From a virus (taxonomy: Duplodnaviria > Caudoviricetes), in the IMG/VR virus record IMGVR_UViG_3300011871_000002, positions 154,702 through 218,701 of that record: a stretch of DNA of 64,000 bases; one strand, written 5' to 3'. A program made the position numbers and the translations under genes. Under the pieces are notes generated by a model, which was not told the DNA's origin, made no database searches, and was given only the letters and a program-made list of their open reading frames with translations. This document shows positions 1 to 10,028 of this stretch, piece after piece. The stretch's first letter is position 1, and each line of letters starts with the position of its first letter.

Positions 1-3
1 GGC

Positions 4-939
4 ATGGGGCGCCACTTCTTCTTTCACAAAGGGCGTCTCTTCTGGTTCAAGAAGTCCCAGATGGAATCTGCTGGAAGCGAGCGCAGCAAAGAAAGTATCT
101 CGATCACCACGTTCGGGCGCAGTCACAAAGCCATGCTAGACTTGATCAAGGACTTCGAATACAAGCCGAGCAACAATAACGTGGCGGTCTACGAGTACCA
201 TTCCGGTAACGGTTGGTCCAGTGTGACTGACATCGTAAAGTCTCCCCTCGAATCCATGTTCATCGAGCCAGAGATTCTCGACAAGCTGATTAAATCGCAC
301 GACCAGTTTGTGCACGAGAAAGAGTGGTACCTCAACCACGGCATGGCGTACAAGATCGCCACGCTCCTCTTCGGGCCACCGGGTACGGGTAAAACCAGCA
401 TCGTCAAGACACTTGCCAGTTACTACAACCGTAACGTGTGCCTACTCGACTTGAGCGAGATGAGCAATAAGTCGCTCCAGCGTGCACTGGCGACGTTGCC
501 ACCGAATTCAGCGGTTCTGATGGAAGACGTCGATGCGGCCACCGATGCCGTGGAAAGCCGTGAAGAGAAGAAAGCCACTGGCGGCATCAATCTATCGGAA
601 GTCACGAGCCAGCTGACGCTGGCGGGCTTACTGAATGCGTTAGACGGCATCATCCCACTAAACGACGTGATGGTGTTTCTGACGACGAACAAACCCGAGA
701 AGCTCGACCCGGCGTTGACTCGCAAAGCACGGGTGGACTATTCGTTCGAGATCGGTTACATGCGTGATCCGCAGATTCATGCTTTCATGAACTACATGTA
801 CAAGGACGCAGAGAAGTTCAAGCTCATCGAGTTCCCACCGGCGCCGCGCTGTGACGTGCAGGCGGCGTACAAAGAGAACTCGACGTCGGTAGAAGGCTTC
901 ATCAAACAACTGACTCCGCCCGTGAAGTTGGCGGCATAA
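4..939 (+). CDS. BCS1-like AAA+ ATPase (probably 5'-truncated by window edge)
   Basis: Walker A GPPGTGKTS, Walker B VLMEDVD, TLAGLLNALDG and TTNKPEKLDPAL motifs typical of BCS1-type AAA ATPases. Confidence 0.85.
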   Translation: MGRHFFFHKGRLFWFKKSQMESAGSERSKESISITTFGRSHKAMLDLIKDFEYKPSNNNVAVYEYHSGNGWSSVTDIVKSPLESMFIEPEILDKLIKSHDQFVHEKEWYLNHGMAYKIATLLFGPPGTGKTSIVKTLASYYNRNVCLLDLSEMSNKSLQRALATLPPNSAVLMEDVDAATDAVESREEKKATGGINLSEVTSQLTLAGLLNALDGIIPLNDVMVFLTTNKPEKLDPALTRKARVDYSFEIGYMRDPQIHAFMNYMYKDAEKFKLIEFPPAPRCDVQAAYKENSTSVEGFIKQLTPPVKLAA

Positions 940-977
940 AAAAAGACAGGGGGAGACCCCTGTCTATTAATTTTTTT
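932..977. terminator. Bidirectional hairpin terminator with CGGCATAAA motif
   Basis: gacagggg-gaga-cccctgtc hairpin flanked by A- and T-tracts. Confidence 0.7.
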
Positions 978-982
978 GCAAT

Positions 983-992
983 CACATATTAC
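983..992 (+). promoter_or_regulatory. Putative phage early promoter (CACATATTAC)
   Basis: One of 8 intergenic copies of CRCATATYAY after an AT-rich tract; resembles phiKZ early-promoter consensus TATATTAC. Confidence 0.65.
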
Positions 993-1023
993 CGTTTGGT
1001 GTCCACTCTAGGAAACAAGAAAA

Positions 1024-1668
1024 ATGAAACTTAAACGAGGCGTTTTCATTACGCTAGAAGGACCAGACGCATGCGGTAAAACTACCCAGTGTGATCATCT
1101 AGTGCAGCTGTTGCAACAAAAAGGTTACACGGTCGTACGAAGTCGCGAGCCGGGCGGTACCCCATTGGCAGAAAAACTGCGTAGCTTAATCATTCACGAA
1201 TCGATGGACCCGCTCGCGGAACTGTTCTTGTTCTTCGCATGTCGGGCAGATAACGTCGAAAAGATCATCAAGCCAGCCATCGCGCGCGGCGAAGTGGTGG
1301 TGTTTGATCGGTTCGTGGATTCTTCGATCGTGTTTCAAGGCTATGGTCGCGGGCTGTTAGAGCAAGCGTATAAACTCAAGGAGTTGTTGTTCGAACGCAG
1401 CAAGATACGCATCGATCACACACTCTACTTCGATATCCCGATGGAGGAAAGTTTCCGTCGCTTGGCGCACCGGAGTGGTGAAGATCGGTTTGAAAAAGAA
1501 GTGGCCGATTTTAAAGCCCGCATTTTCCATGGATACCAGGAAGTCATGGATGAAGTGGAACACCGGGTTACTCGCATCGACGCTGGCGGCTCGATTGACG
1601 AAGTAAAAGCACTTGTCGAAGAGTGGGTCGAGAAATTTGTCCAAGAACATCCATTGATGGAGAAGTGA
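1024..1668 (+). CDS. tmk: Thymidylate kinase
   Basis: FITLEGPDACGKTTQ P-loop, REPGGT, DRFVDSSIVFQG motifs. Confidence 0.95.
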   Translation: MKLKRGVFITLEGPDACGKTTQCDHLVQLLQQKGYTVVRSREPGGTPLAEKLRSLIIHESMDPLAELFLFFACRADNVEKIIKPAIARGEVVVFDRFVDSSIVFQGYGRGLLEQAYKLKELLFERSKIRIDHTLYFDIPMEESFRRLAHRSGEDRFEKEVADFKARIFHGYQEVMDEVEHRVTRIDAGGSIDEVKALVEEWVEKFVQEHPLMEK

Positions 1669-2052
1669 ATGGCTGAAGGAAAGAAAATCAAGGTAGGACA
1701 ATGTCGCGTCAAAAGAATGCGCGAAGGCGGAGGCACCTCCATGCCGTGGACGTGGCAGGAGTGTACGGTCTGCGGTGCGCATGAGGACGAAGAGTGTAAG
1801 CTCTCCGAAGATGCAGTAAGTCGAGAGATGACAAACCGTATTTGGACGGCAGAGACTACATGTAGATCCTATCCGGAAGTAGAATCTGATACGAGAATTT
1901 TCGTAAAGGAACTGTTACGTCAAGAACGCATCAAAACGGGGACGGATAGCGTTAAAGACACAAAAGAAAATCCTCTCATTTTGCTTATCGTTCTTTGCGC
2001 TTTCGTTGCCTTAGGCATTTTGGGTGGTGCTTATCTGTACTGTAAACGATAA
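1669..2052 (+). CDS. Hypothetical membrane protein (C-terminal TM helix, CxxC)
   Basis: ORF abutting tmk; hydrophobic C-terminal segment. Confidence 0.6.
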   Translation: MAEGKKIKVGQCRVKRMREGGGTSMPWTWQECTVCGAHEDEECKLSEDAVSREMTNRIWTAETTCRSYPEVESDTRIFVKELLRQERIKTGTDSVKDTKENPLILLIVLCAFVALGILGGAYLYCKR

Positions 2053-2063
2053 GGAGAAATGTC

Positions 2064-2432
2064 GTGTTCGCAATTGGCATACGTTTTACGGGCTACAATG
2101 TCAGTAGCATCGTGGAAGGCAAAAGCATGGCTCAATTTTCGGGCGGCTGTTTCTATCTGTCCGCTCGATTACCGCGCACAAACAAGAGCCCTTGCTGGGG
2201 CTTGACCCAGCACGGTGAAGAACCAACACTCTTCAAGGGGGTGGTGGAAGCCACCGAAATGCTTCAAGATGCATTGGCGTGCCTGACAAAGTACGAATCC
2301 CACGGGGAAGAACTCCGCGCGGCCTTGCAAGAAATTATTGAAGAGATTCCGCAAGGCGTGAATTACTGGACTTTGTTGGAAGTAGTGAAATTCCAACCTA
2401 TCGTTCTCGATACCTTCGAGTTTTCTTTGTAA
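2064..2432 (+). CDS. Hypothetical protein
   Basis: AGGAG RBS upstream, in tandem gene run; exact start uncertain. Confidence 0.6.
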   Translation: MFAIGIRFTGYNVSSIVEGKSMAQFSGGCFYLSARLPRTNKSPCWGLTQHGEEPTLFKGVVEATEMLQDALACLTKYESHGEELRAALQEIIEEIPQGVNYWTLLEVVKFQPIVLDTFEFSL

Positions 2433-2452
2433 TCCATTATCATCTAGAAAGA

Positions 2453-4123
2453 ATGAACATGAAGCAATACACCGATCTCGTTCGTAAGTGCCTGACCCAA
2501 GGCAACATCCGTACCGACCGCACCAATACCGGTACCATCTCCATCTTCGGTCCCCAGATGGAGTTCGACCTGTCCAAGGGCTTCCCGCTCGATACCGGCC
2601 GCCAGCTGTTCCTGCGTGGCATCCTCGAAGAAAACTTCTGGATGCTGCGCGGTTCGACCGACAACAACGAGTTGGTCGAGCGCCGGGTCCACATCTGGGA
2701 CGAGTGGTGCAATACCGAAGTCGAATTCGATGACGATTTTGATAGTCGTCCTATTGTCTACGTAGAGCCGCGCATTAAAGATTATACGTCATACTACAAA
2801 CCTGATTCTTCTGGCGTTTCGGCACCCAACGGAACAATTGATGATAAGCTCCGCTCACAATGGATCAAAATGATGGATCGTTGTTATAATCCGTCCGCAC
2901 ATAACTACAGGTACTACGGAGGTCGCAATATCTTCGTTGACGCGCGTTGGCATATTCTTCAAAATTTCATCAACGATGTAAAACAACTTCCCAACTGGAA
3001 GCACAAACTGGCAGACTGGAACAATTATAATCTCGACAAGGATTATTTTAGTTCCAACTGTTATTCCCGAGAAACTTGTTTGTGGCTCAGTAAGCAAGAA
3101 AACGGCATCTATGGTTCGACCAATAGTACCATTATTGTGGTATTCCCTAATGGACATGTTGAACTGTTTATCAGTGTTTCACAATGTGCCGAAGAGTTGG
3201 AGGTTTCGCGGAGTTCGGTACATCGTTTTACAAAAAGCGTACCTGAAGTTCTGAAAGGTGAAAATAAGAAACTTAAAGGCATTCGATTCGGTATTCTGAG
3301 TCAACCCTTCCGTTATGCAATTCCAAAAATTGGTGATCTCGGTCCTATTTATGGAAAACAGTGGCGTTTTTGGGGAGAAGAAAAAATCACCAAAGCTACT
3401 GTGTTGGAAATCGTCAACAGTAACCTCAATGACGAAGTTCAAATGTTTACCGAACTTAGTAATCTTTTCAAAAATAACGGTATTCATTATTATTCGATCG
3501 CGCAGCGTATCGGTATCGCCGAAGACATGCTGGCCGCTGGCGTGGCCGAGAAGTTCACCCAAGCTGATCTGGATGAATTGAAAGCGTATTGCCAAAATAC
3601 CCAAAGCGAAGAAGGCGCTGCACTTACTGCTTTCGGGAAAGAGCGCGTGAACATGCGCCTCGCCCGATTCGGCATCCCGAAAACGACTACCCGCCGCGCC
3701 ACCATCGACCAGATCACCAAGCTGATCGACGACTTGAAGAAGCGCCCCAACTCGCGCCGTCACGTGGTCTCGGCGTGGAATGTGGCTGCTCTGCCAGACG
3801 AGTCGCTCACGCCCCATCAGAACGTGATGGCTGGCAAGATGGCACTGGCGCCGTGCCACGCGCTGTTCCAGTTCTACGTGGAAGACCGCAGTATTCAGGA
3901 CATGGTCGCGGAACTGCCGGAAAACGTACAGCAGGAATTCAAGTGGTTTAAGAAGGACAACGACCTGATCCACCTCGCTCAGGACATGCTCAGCCTCGAT
4001 GCACTTCCGCAACCGGCGTACTACGAAGCGATGTTTAACTTCGAAAAGCGTGAAAAGCTGATGTCATTCTTCTCGGAGCGCGGCATCAAAACCAAGAAGC
4101 TCTCCTGCAAGCTGTACCAGCGT
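2453..4123 (+). CDS. thyA: Thymidylate synthase exon 1, containing in-frame HNH endonuclease insertion
   Basis: [41 protein letters not shown] (catalytic Cys), KLSCKLYQR; interrupted by intron after the CGT(Arg) codon. Confidence 0.95.
2708..3331 (+). mobile_element. HNH homing-endonuclease domain plus NUMOD1-like HTH fused in frame within thyA
   Basis: W..MMDRCY..YYGGRNI.V..RW..NF..D and LDKD..YSRETC.W..N motifs, then [21 protein letters not shown]; abrupt AT-rich composition; lies between IWDEW and GDLGP. Confidence 0.8.
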
Positions 4124-4383
4124 TCCCATTAATCTGAGCGCCCTCTAGGAGTAATCCTAGTTGAATAATCTCTCTAATTGCTGGGAAGTCTCTTTGAGAC
4201 AATCAGCAGCGAAGCTCCTATACTGGAGAACGTTCAACGACTAGCTGAAAAGCGTAGACCCAAGCGGGTCGAAACGGGAGAGGTCCTCAAATCGAGGATC
4301 GTGATATAGTCTGCTCTGCATGGCGACATGCAGCAGTTCGTAAGAGAACGGGGAAAGCCTAGCGAACTTTCTCGAACATAATG
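4124..4383 (+). ncRNA. ORF-less group I self-splicing intron (T4 td-like, subgroup IA) in thyA
   Basis: P aattgctgggaa (4176), Q aatcagcagc (4201), R gttcaacgactag (4232), S gatatagtct (4303), P9 ctgcatg-gcga-catgcag, 3' end gaacataatG like the T4 td intron; U4123.G4138 P1 wobble; splicing restores YQR|SGD. Confidence 0.93.
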
Positions 4384-4698
4384 TCAGGAGACATCGTGCT
4401 GGGGGTGCCATTCAATATCGCTGCTTACGCCGCCATGACGATGATGATTGCGCAATGCGTCGACATGGTGCCGGGCATGTTCATCCACACCTTCGGCGAC
4501 GCGCACATCTACAAAAACCACATTCTGCCCAACGCCCAAGGCGAATCGATCCTCACTCAACTGGAGCGGGAAGAGCGCCCGCTGCCAAAATTGTGGATCA
4601 ACCCAGAAGTCAAGAACATTTTCGACTTCAAGTATGATGACTTCCGGCTGGAATCGTACCACCCCCATCCGAAAATCGAATATCCAGTAGCAGTTTAA
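4384..4698 (+). CDS. thyA: Thymidylate synthase exon 2
   Basis: [25 protein letters not shown]-terminal PVAV. Confidence 0.95.
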   Translation, partial: SGDIVLGVPFNIAAYAAMTMMIAQCVDMVPGMFIHTFGDAHIYKNHILPNAQGESILTQLEREERPLPKLWINPEVKNIFDFKYDDFRLESYHPHPKIEYPVAV

Positions 4699-4742
4699 TC
4701 GTCCGCGCCGCCGAGCAATCGGCGGCTTTCCTAGGGAAGAAA

Positions 4743-5240
4743 ATGAAAAAGATTACCATTGTCGCTGCGCTTGATCAACGTGGCGGTATCGGAAAGGCCG
4801 GGGCACTTCCTTGGAAGCTCCCAGAAGACCTGCAACACTTCAAGTGCACGACCGCATACAGTGCCATGATCATGGGGCGCAAGACGTTTGAGTCGATCGG
4901 GCGGGTACTCCCGAATCGCCGTCATGTCGTCGTCACGCGTCAAAAGGGTTGGTCGCATCCGGGCGTGGATGTGGCGCATTCGCTGGAAGAAGCCATCGCC
5001 ATGATCAATGACTTGCATGTGTTCGTCATCGGCGGTGGTGAACTCTACAAGCAAGCCCTGCCGCTGTGCGACTACATGGTGTTGACGCACGTGTACGACA
5101 CGTTCGACTGCGACACCTTCTTCCCGGATTTCAACAGGGGTGAATGGTCGGGGCGTTTCACGGTCGACCATGTTGACGCCGAATCAGGCACACGGTTTTG
5201 CTTTGGTTACTGGCTGCGTCAAGTCGGAGGAAAAGGATAG
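4743..5240 (+). CDS. folA: Dihydrofolate reductase
   Basis: GIGKAGALPWKLPEDLQHFK, IMGRKTFESIGRVLPNR, IGGGELY, DTFFP. Confidence 0.95.
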   Translation: MKKITIVAALDQRGGIGKAGALPWKLPEDLQHFKCTTAYSAMIMGRKTFESIGRVLPNRRHVVVTRQKGWSHPGVDVAHSLEEAIAMINDLHVFVIGGGELYKQALPLCDYMVLTHVYDTFDCDTFFPDFNRGEWSGRFTVDHVDAESGTRFCFGYWLRQVGGKG

Positions 5241-5515
5241 TGAACCAGATTCAAGAAGAAGTTGCACGCGTGGTCCACGAAAGTGGTAATCGCGATCCAC
5301 TCTTTGCTGCGGGTGTTGAAGCAGCCAATGTGTGGAGGTTGCTGGGGGAAAATCACGATTCGCCAGGTGGTGAAGAAGGTGGCCAGCTCGCGCTGCGCTC
5401 CCTCAACCGTGAGGTGTACCGGAGTTTTGCTGAATGGTACGACTACACCTTCATCATCTGGCAAGACATGGGCAATGGGCTGGACTACTGGCGTTTTACG
5501 AAACATAAGGCGTAA
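5240..5515 (+). CDS. Hypothetical protein
   Basis: GTG start overlapping folA stop, with GGAGG RBS. Confidence 0.55.
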   Translation: MNQIQEEVARVVHESGNRDPLFAAGVEAANVWRLLGENHDSPGGEEGGQLALRSLNREVYRSFAEWYDYTFIIWQDMGNGLDYWRFTKHKA

Positions 5516-5578
5516 TAATTAACCCGCTGCCCGTATGTGGTGGCGGGTGTTATTCTTTTTTCCGAGGAGTTAAAAATC

Positions 5579-6016
5579 ATGCAACAAGCATCGAAGTACA
5601 GCGACCAGAGCGTCTTGCTGCAAAAAGACATCGATTACATCAAGTCAGCTGGTCAATCAGACATCGGCAAGCTGATCTCGACCGCCCAAATCTTGGGCGG
5701 TTACACCAACACCAAGTTCGCTATCGGTGAAGATGTGGTCCTGTGGATCAATCGTCCTGAGGGCTGCACACCCATCAATGGCACGGTGATTGACATCGGT
5801 GTGGGCGATCTCAACGGCTGCGACATTGCGCTGTATAACCTTGCTGTATCCACGCAAATCGAAGGCATCTACGTCTCGATCCACAATATCGGCGGCAACA
5901 TCAGCAAAGCGGGTACGCTGGTACCCGAACACCCCGTTGCCAAGTGGCCACTGGAGGTGCTGAAGGACAACCGAGTGAAACCAAAACCCAAGCTCCGGCT
6001 CGTAAGCAAGTCGTAA
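5579..6016 (+). CDS. Hypothetical protein
   Basis: GAGGAG RBS before ATG 5579. Confidence 0.65.
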   Translation: MQQASKYSDQSVLLQKDIDYIKSAGQSDIGKLISTAQILGGYTNTKFAIGEDVVLWINRPEGCTPINGTVIDIGVGDLNGCDIALYNLAVSTQIEGIYVSIHNIGGNISKAGTLVPEHPVAKWPLEVLKDNRVKPKPKLRLVSKS

Positions 6017-6112
6017 AAAATAAACACGACAAGCACTCTTATGTACACACGAGTGACACGGTGGTCGTCACCCCTACCTGTCGATAATAATCCCTTACGA
6101 AAGGATGTTCCT

Positions 6113-6685
6113 ATGCTGTCCGTGCTTTTCAAGTTCCCCGTGAACCTGTGTCTGCTCGTCTACCTGGCCGCCTGCGCCATGTTGTTGTCGGTGGAAGTGC
6201 TGCGGGATAACCCCCGTCTCGTCGCGGTCTATATCCTCGCAACGTTCGCACTGGCGGTGGTTCTCGTGCGCGAAGTCAGGGAACGTGCCAAGGAAGGTGC
6301 CAGCGCGCTGGAATTCCACCGTTTGGCCGATTATCCCGGCAAGACGTTCTACGTCGGTAAGCGCGTAGCATTCAATCGCATCGGTGACCGTAAGATGTTC
6401 GAGAAGATTCTGAGTGCCGCCATGCTCGGTCGTGACGGCAGCATCTACGCGGGTGACAACCAAGCCACCCACGACCAGATTCGTCACTTCGTGCGTTCCA
6501 AACAACTGGGTCCGGTGGAGAGCTACGGTTTCCTCACCACCCACGGTCGCTACGTCGACACTATCGAAGCATGGGACATCGCGGTGGACGCCTGCCAGAT
6601 TTCGCACGTCAAAGGCACGGCTGACGGCGAACTCACCTGCGAGATGTTGTACCCAAAAGAATCCCCCCAACCCTGCGCTGCTTAA
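6113..6685 (+). CDS. Hypothetical protein; N-terminal TM helices plus conserved phage domain
   Basis: Two hydrophobic segments; C-terminal GFLT..G.YVD..EA..IA...QI.....L..E.LY motif common in phage hypothetical proteins. Confidence 0.6.
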   Translation: MLSVLFKFPVNLCLLVYLAACAMLLSVEVLRDNPRLVAVYILATFALAVVLVREVRERAKEGASALEFHRLADYPGKTFYVGKRVAFNRIGDRKMFEKILSAAMLGRDGSIYAGDNQATHDQIRHFVRSKQLGPVESYGFLTTHGRYVDTIEAWDIAVDACQISHVKGTADGELTCEMLYPKESPQPCAA

Positions 6686-6690
6686 CTACC

Positions 6691-6804
6691 ATGCACAAAA
6701 ATGCTGTTCGCCTGATCGTCCTCTTCGTTACTGCAACTGTATTGGCACTGGCCTACCATGGTTGTCACAAAGAAAAGGACGACTCGCATCAAACGCGGCA
6801 GTAA
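6691..6804 (+). CDS. Small putative lipoprotein/membrane peptide (37 aa; not in ORF track)
   Basis: MHKNAVRLIVLFVTATVLALAYHGC...; ends just before a terminator. Confidence 0.45.
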   Translation: MHKNAVRLIVLFVTATVLALAYHGCHKEKDDSHQTRQ

Positions 6805-6809
6805 ATACG

Positions 6810-6838
6810 AGCCACCCTTCGGGGTGGCTTTTATGTCG
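6810..6838 (+). terminator. Intrinsic terminator
   Basis: agccaccc-ttcg-gggtggct followed by tttatgtcg. Confidence 0.75.
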
Positions 6839-6900
6839 CAATGTCTTTTTATACTACAAACGCTAACCCTATGTCTAACCACCCACGAGGAAACAATAAC

Positions 6901-7515
6901 ATGTCCCGCAAAAGTATGACCTTTGTCGCCAGCCAGTTCGACTTCAACGCAGTGGAAAAGGTCCACCTCCACAAACACCTGTTCTCGCAGTACGGCCAAC
7001 ACATCGGCAAAGCAGCAAAACAACTGCGCGAGATGTTCGAGATGATCCAGATGAACCCCGTATTGGCGGTTTCCATCAATGTCGCCGTCTTCGCGGGCGA
7101 CACCGTAGGGAATAACGGCATGGGTGAAAACTACCAGGCGGCCCTGCTGGCAGACGTTCCACCCGCCGGTGATTTCCCTTCGCCGATCATCGAGTGCGGT
7201 GTACACGAAGGCGACGGCGCCATCGACAATGAAGGCGAAGTCGCCTACATGTCGAAAGCACAGGTGCTCGAAGTGTTCGACCAGTTCGTACAGGAGCATC
7301 ACGCCAAGGACTTCGTCTCGCGCAACGGCGAAGCGAAAATACAGTTCGTCAGCTTCGCGCACAAGGTACGCATCTTCATCCAGATGCTCGACGATAAAGC
7401 CTGCCACGGCATGGTGGGGTCGATCGACCCGGACCCGAACGAATCATCCTTCAATCTGGCCATCGACTATATGGAGCCAGAGGCGCTGATTTCCCTGAAT
7501 CTGTACGCACCGTAA
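6901..7515 (+). CDS. Hypothetical protein
   Basis: GAGG RBS before ATG 6901; biased codon usage. Confidence 0.7.
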   Translation: MSRKSMTFVASQFDFNAVEKVHLHKHLFSQYGQHIGKAAKQLREMFEMIQMNPVLAVSINVAVFAGDTVGNNGMGENYQAALLADVPPAGDFPSPIIECGVHEGDGAIDNEGEVAYMSKAQVLEVFDQFVQEHHAKDFVSRNGEAKIQFVSFAHKVRIFIQMLDDKACHGMVGSIDPDPNESSFNLAIDYMEPEALISLNLYAP

Positions 7516-7616
7516 TGGTTATCGCCCCCGCCCCTGTGGCGGGGGTGTATGCCACTTAAAAATTACGTTCACAAAAGTAAGTATAGTAGGCCAATACCAA
7601 CAACTAGGGTTAAACC

Positions 7617-8843
7617 ATGGGGAATGATAAACCAGCAGCAGAGCAGTACCGGGATCTGGCGAAGATCGTGCAGGAAAAGATATCGGGCACAGAGCGCAAA
7701 ACCGAGATCATGATGGAGACCTTGTCGCAGCTGTTCTTGCTGTTGGGTACCAACATGAGTGGCAGCGGAAGGCTCGCGGTGGACGCACTGCACAAAGAAT
7801 TCTTGGGCGAATGCCGGCCCTTGAGGATGAGTTGGCAAACCACCTTCCACGATGTGTTTTCGGGTAACGGGCCACTGGCTAATTACCTGCGCGAGAAGGT
7901 CGATTTCTCCCAGATCGCCACTCTCTATCCAGAAATCGAATCGGCGCAAGAAGCAAGAAACATCGTATTGCGCGATATCGAATCGTTCGACTTCAAGCTC
8001 CACGAAGACCCGAACGATTATAAGGCATTGCTCGCTTTCTTGCATGACCTGCAAGAGGGCTCGGCAAACATGATGCCTTTTTCTTTTGTGCATTGCCCCG
8101 ACCCACGTGGGCTTGAAATTGCCCTGTCGGAGATGGCGTGGGACCAAGCGTGGGGTACCTTCCCCAGCGGGTTCTACGAAGACACCAGTCGGCCTGCTAA
8201 AGAAGACGGCAGTATTCCGTGGATTTTCCTGATGAAGGTCAATGTGTTTTCTCCGGGCGTCGACGCGTGTCGGCTAGTACTTTTGATGCGACAGCAATGT
8301 TCGCCGCAGATCTACATCAACCATCCGTTCGAGGGTGGCTGGTACCCGTGGGATCAAAAGCACATGTTGCGTAACATGCTGTCCTCGTTGGTGCGTGAAT
8401 ATGCCATGCACGCCCTAGTGCTCCTACGACCGAGAGCGGTGCGCTGGAACTTCCAAGAAGAAATCAAGGGTCTGGTGGATCGGAACCGCAAATACTTGTG
8501 GCAACACGGTTGCCTGCCATCACAGCTGGTGTTTGGTCGCAAAGCTGATCCGGCGCCGGGTGTGTTTGCTGACTTCATGTGGGTACCCAATAGTGCCCGC
8601 TTGACCGTGCTATGTGTGAATGTCTGTATGGTGTTTTACTGTACCTACCACAATAACAACTGGGACCAGCAGGTGCGTTTCATCCGCCCCCAGCACCCGA
8701 AATCCTTGATCACGATTCCAATCGACGAAAAAGATATTTCCGAAGACCAACAACGCGCCCTGATCCAGCGCGCCTCCTACGCGATTAATCTCAAGAATCG
8801 CGCCATCGAAGAACACCATCAAAAAGAAAGAGAAGCAGCATGA
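7617..8843 (+). CDS. Hypothetical protein
   Basis: 408-aa ORF overlapping next gene (ATGA). Confidence 0.7.
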   Translation: MGNDKPAAEQYRDLAKIVQEKISGTERKTEIMMETLSQLFLLLGTNMSGSGRLAVDALHKEFLGECRPLRMSWQTTFHDVFSGNGPLANYLREKVDFSQIATLYPEIESAQEARNIVLRDIESFDFKLHEDPNDYKALLAFLHDLQEGSANMMPFSFVHCPDPRGLEIALSEMAWDQAWGTFPSGFYEDTSRPAKEDGSIPWIFLMKVNVFSPGVDACRLVLLMRQQCSPQIYINHPFEGGWYPWDQKHMLRNMLSSLVREYAMHALVLLRPRAVRWNFQEEIKGLVDRNRKYLWQHGCLPSQLVFGRKADPAPGVFADFMWVPNSARLTVLCVNVCMVFYCTYHNNNWDQQVRFIRPQHPKSLITIPIDEKDISEDQQRALIQRASYAINLKNRAIEEHHQKEREAA

Positions 8844-9970
8844 ACGCACCTACTCCTAAGAAACACCCGCAATCCATCCTCGGCTTTTTCGACAAGTATT
8901 TCAACATGGCTGGTTTCACCAACGGCCTGACCGAATACCCTTTCGAGAAGTTCCTCGAAGAAGTGCAACCCTACCACGTGATCGCTGAACGCAACTTCCT
9001 GGAAAGCTTCCGGGGTGTGCGCCAAGCATTGCCGTGCGCAGCGATTCGCCAGCGCCGCGAAAGCGACGGCGCCACGGTGTACTGGCTCTTCAAACGTACC
9101 GAGAAGATCGGCGAAGCAAAGCTGGCTGGCAAGACCGCCTGCTTCTGGGGTGGCCACGTCGACGCCGCTGACGCTGTGTTCAACGATAAGTCGGTGCTCG
9201 ATCTCGGTACCACGCTGGTCGTCGGGCGTGACCGTGAACAGGGTGAAGAATACCGCATCATCCATCGCGATGGTGCGTGCGGCGAAAACTGGTCGGTAAA
9301 AGTACCACTTACTCCCGCTGACCAATTCATCGCCAACAGCACGGTCGAAGTCGACAAGTATCACGTCGCCATCATCTACACGGTCGACCTGCCGGCCAAC
9401 TATGCGGTCGAAGTGCTCGAAGAAGAACTGATCGGCATCCCGACCCCGATGTCGGCGCAGGAAGCACTGGACGCCCACGAGGCGGGCGAGATCGACCTGG
9501 AAAGCTGGGCGCTGATCTACTTCCGTCACGTGCGTGCACAGGAACTGCTGGATTCGGGTGCCAAGATTGAAGCAGGCGCGAAGGAAGACATCGACAGTGG
9601 AGTCTACCAGAATACCTGGGTCGGAAATTCGGACTTTCGTGTCGAGGCTGGTGAACTGACCGACAAAGAGCGCAAGCAAGGTTACAGCTGGCCGCTGACC
9701 TTCAAAGCACCTGTTGTGGGTTTCGATATGGGTAACGCGGGTGGGCCAATCTCGCCGCCTGATATCTCTCTTGACCCCAGCAAGGGCGGTGTGCGTAACG
9801 AAGATGGTACTCGTACGTCGCTTGCAGAACTCGCCCAACAGTCGGCTGACCTGTACCTCAGTGATGCACCGCAAGAAATTAAGGACGCGGTCGCTGATCT
9901 CATTCCAAAAGCCCTCGCAAAGGTCCATGGCGAGTTCTGGACTAAGTCCGAAGAAGACAATCCGCAATAA
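8840..9970 (+). CDS. NUDIX-like phosphoesterase with acidic C-terminal extension
   Basis: E.KLAGK....GGHVD....RE..EE and H.AIIY motifs of predicted NUDIX phosphoesterases. Confidence 0.6.
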   Translation: MNAPTPKKHPQSILGFFDKYFNMAGFTNGLTEYPFEKFLEEVQPYHVIAERNFLESFRGVRQALPCAAIRQRRESDGATVYWLFKRTEKIGEAKLAGKTACFWGGHVDAADAVFNDKSVLDLGTTLVVGRDREQGEEYRIIHRDGACGENWSVKVPLTPADQFIANSTVEVDKYHVAIIYTVDLPANYAVEVLEEELIGIPTPMSAQEALDAHEAGEIDLESWALIYFRHVRAQELLDSGAKIEAGAKEDIDSGVYQNTWVGNSDFRVEAGELTDKERKQGYSWPLTFKAPVVGFDMGNAGGPISPPDISLDPSKGGVRNEDGTRTSLAELAQQSADLYLSDAPQEIKDAVADLIPKALAKVHGEFWTKSEEDNPQ

Positions 9971-10028
9971 AGTCGGCATAAGCCTCACCACCGACCGGTG
10001 GTGAGGCACAAGAAAGGGGATAAGAATA

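Noticed and set aside
2708-3331. Intein in thyA
   Set aside because: Begins with Cys but has no recognisable blocks A/B/F/G and no terminal His-Asn followed by C/S/T
4381-4698. Separate gene or pseudogenised thyA fragment starting at ATG 4381
   Set aside because: The ATG is the intron 3' end (omega-G 4383); splicing restores a continuous frame
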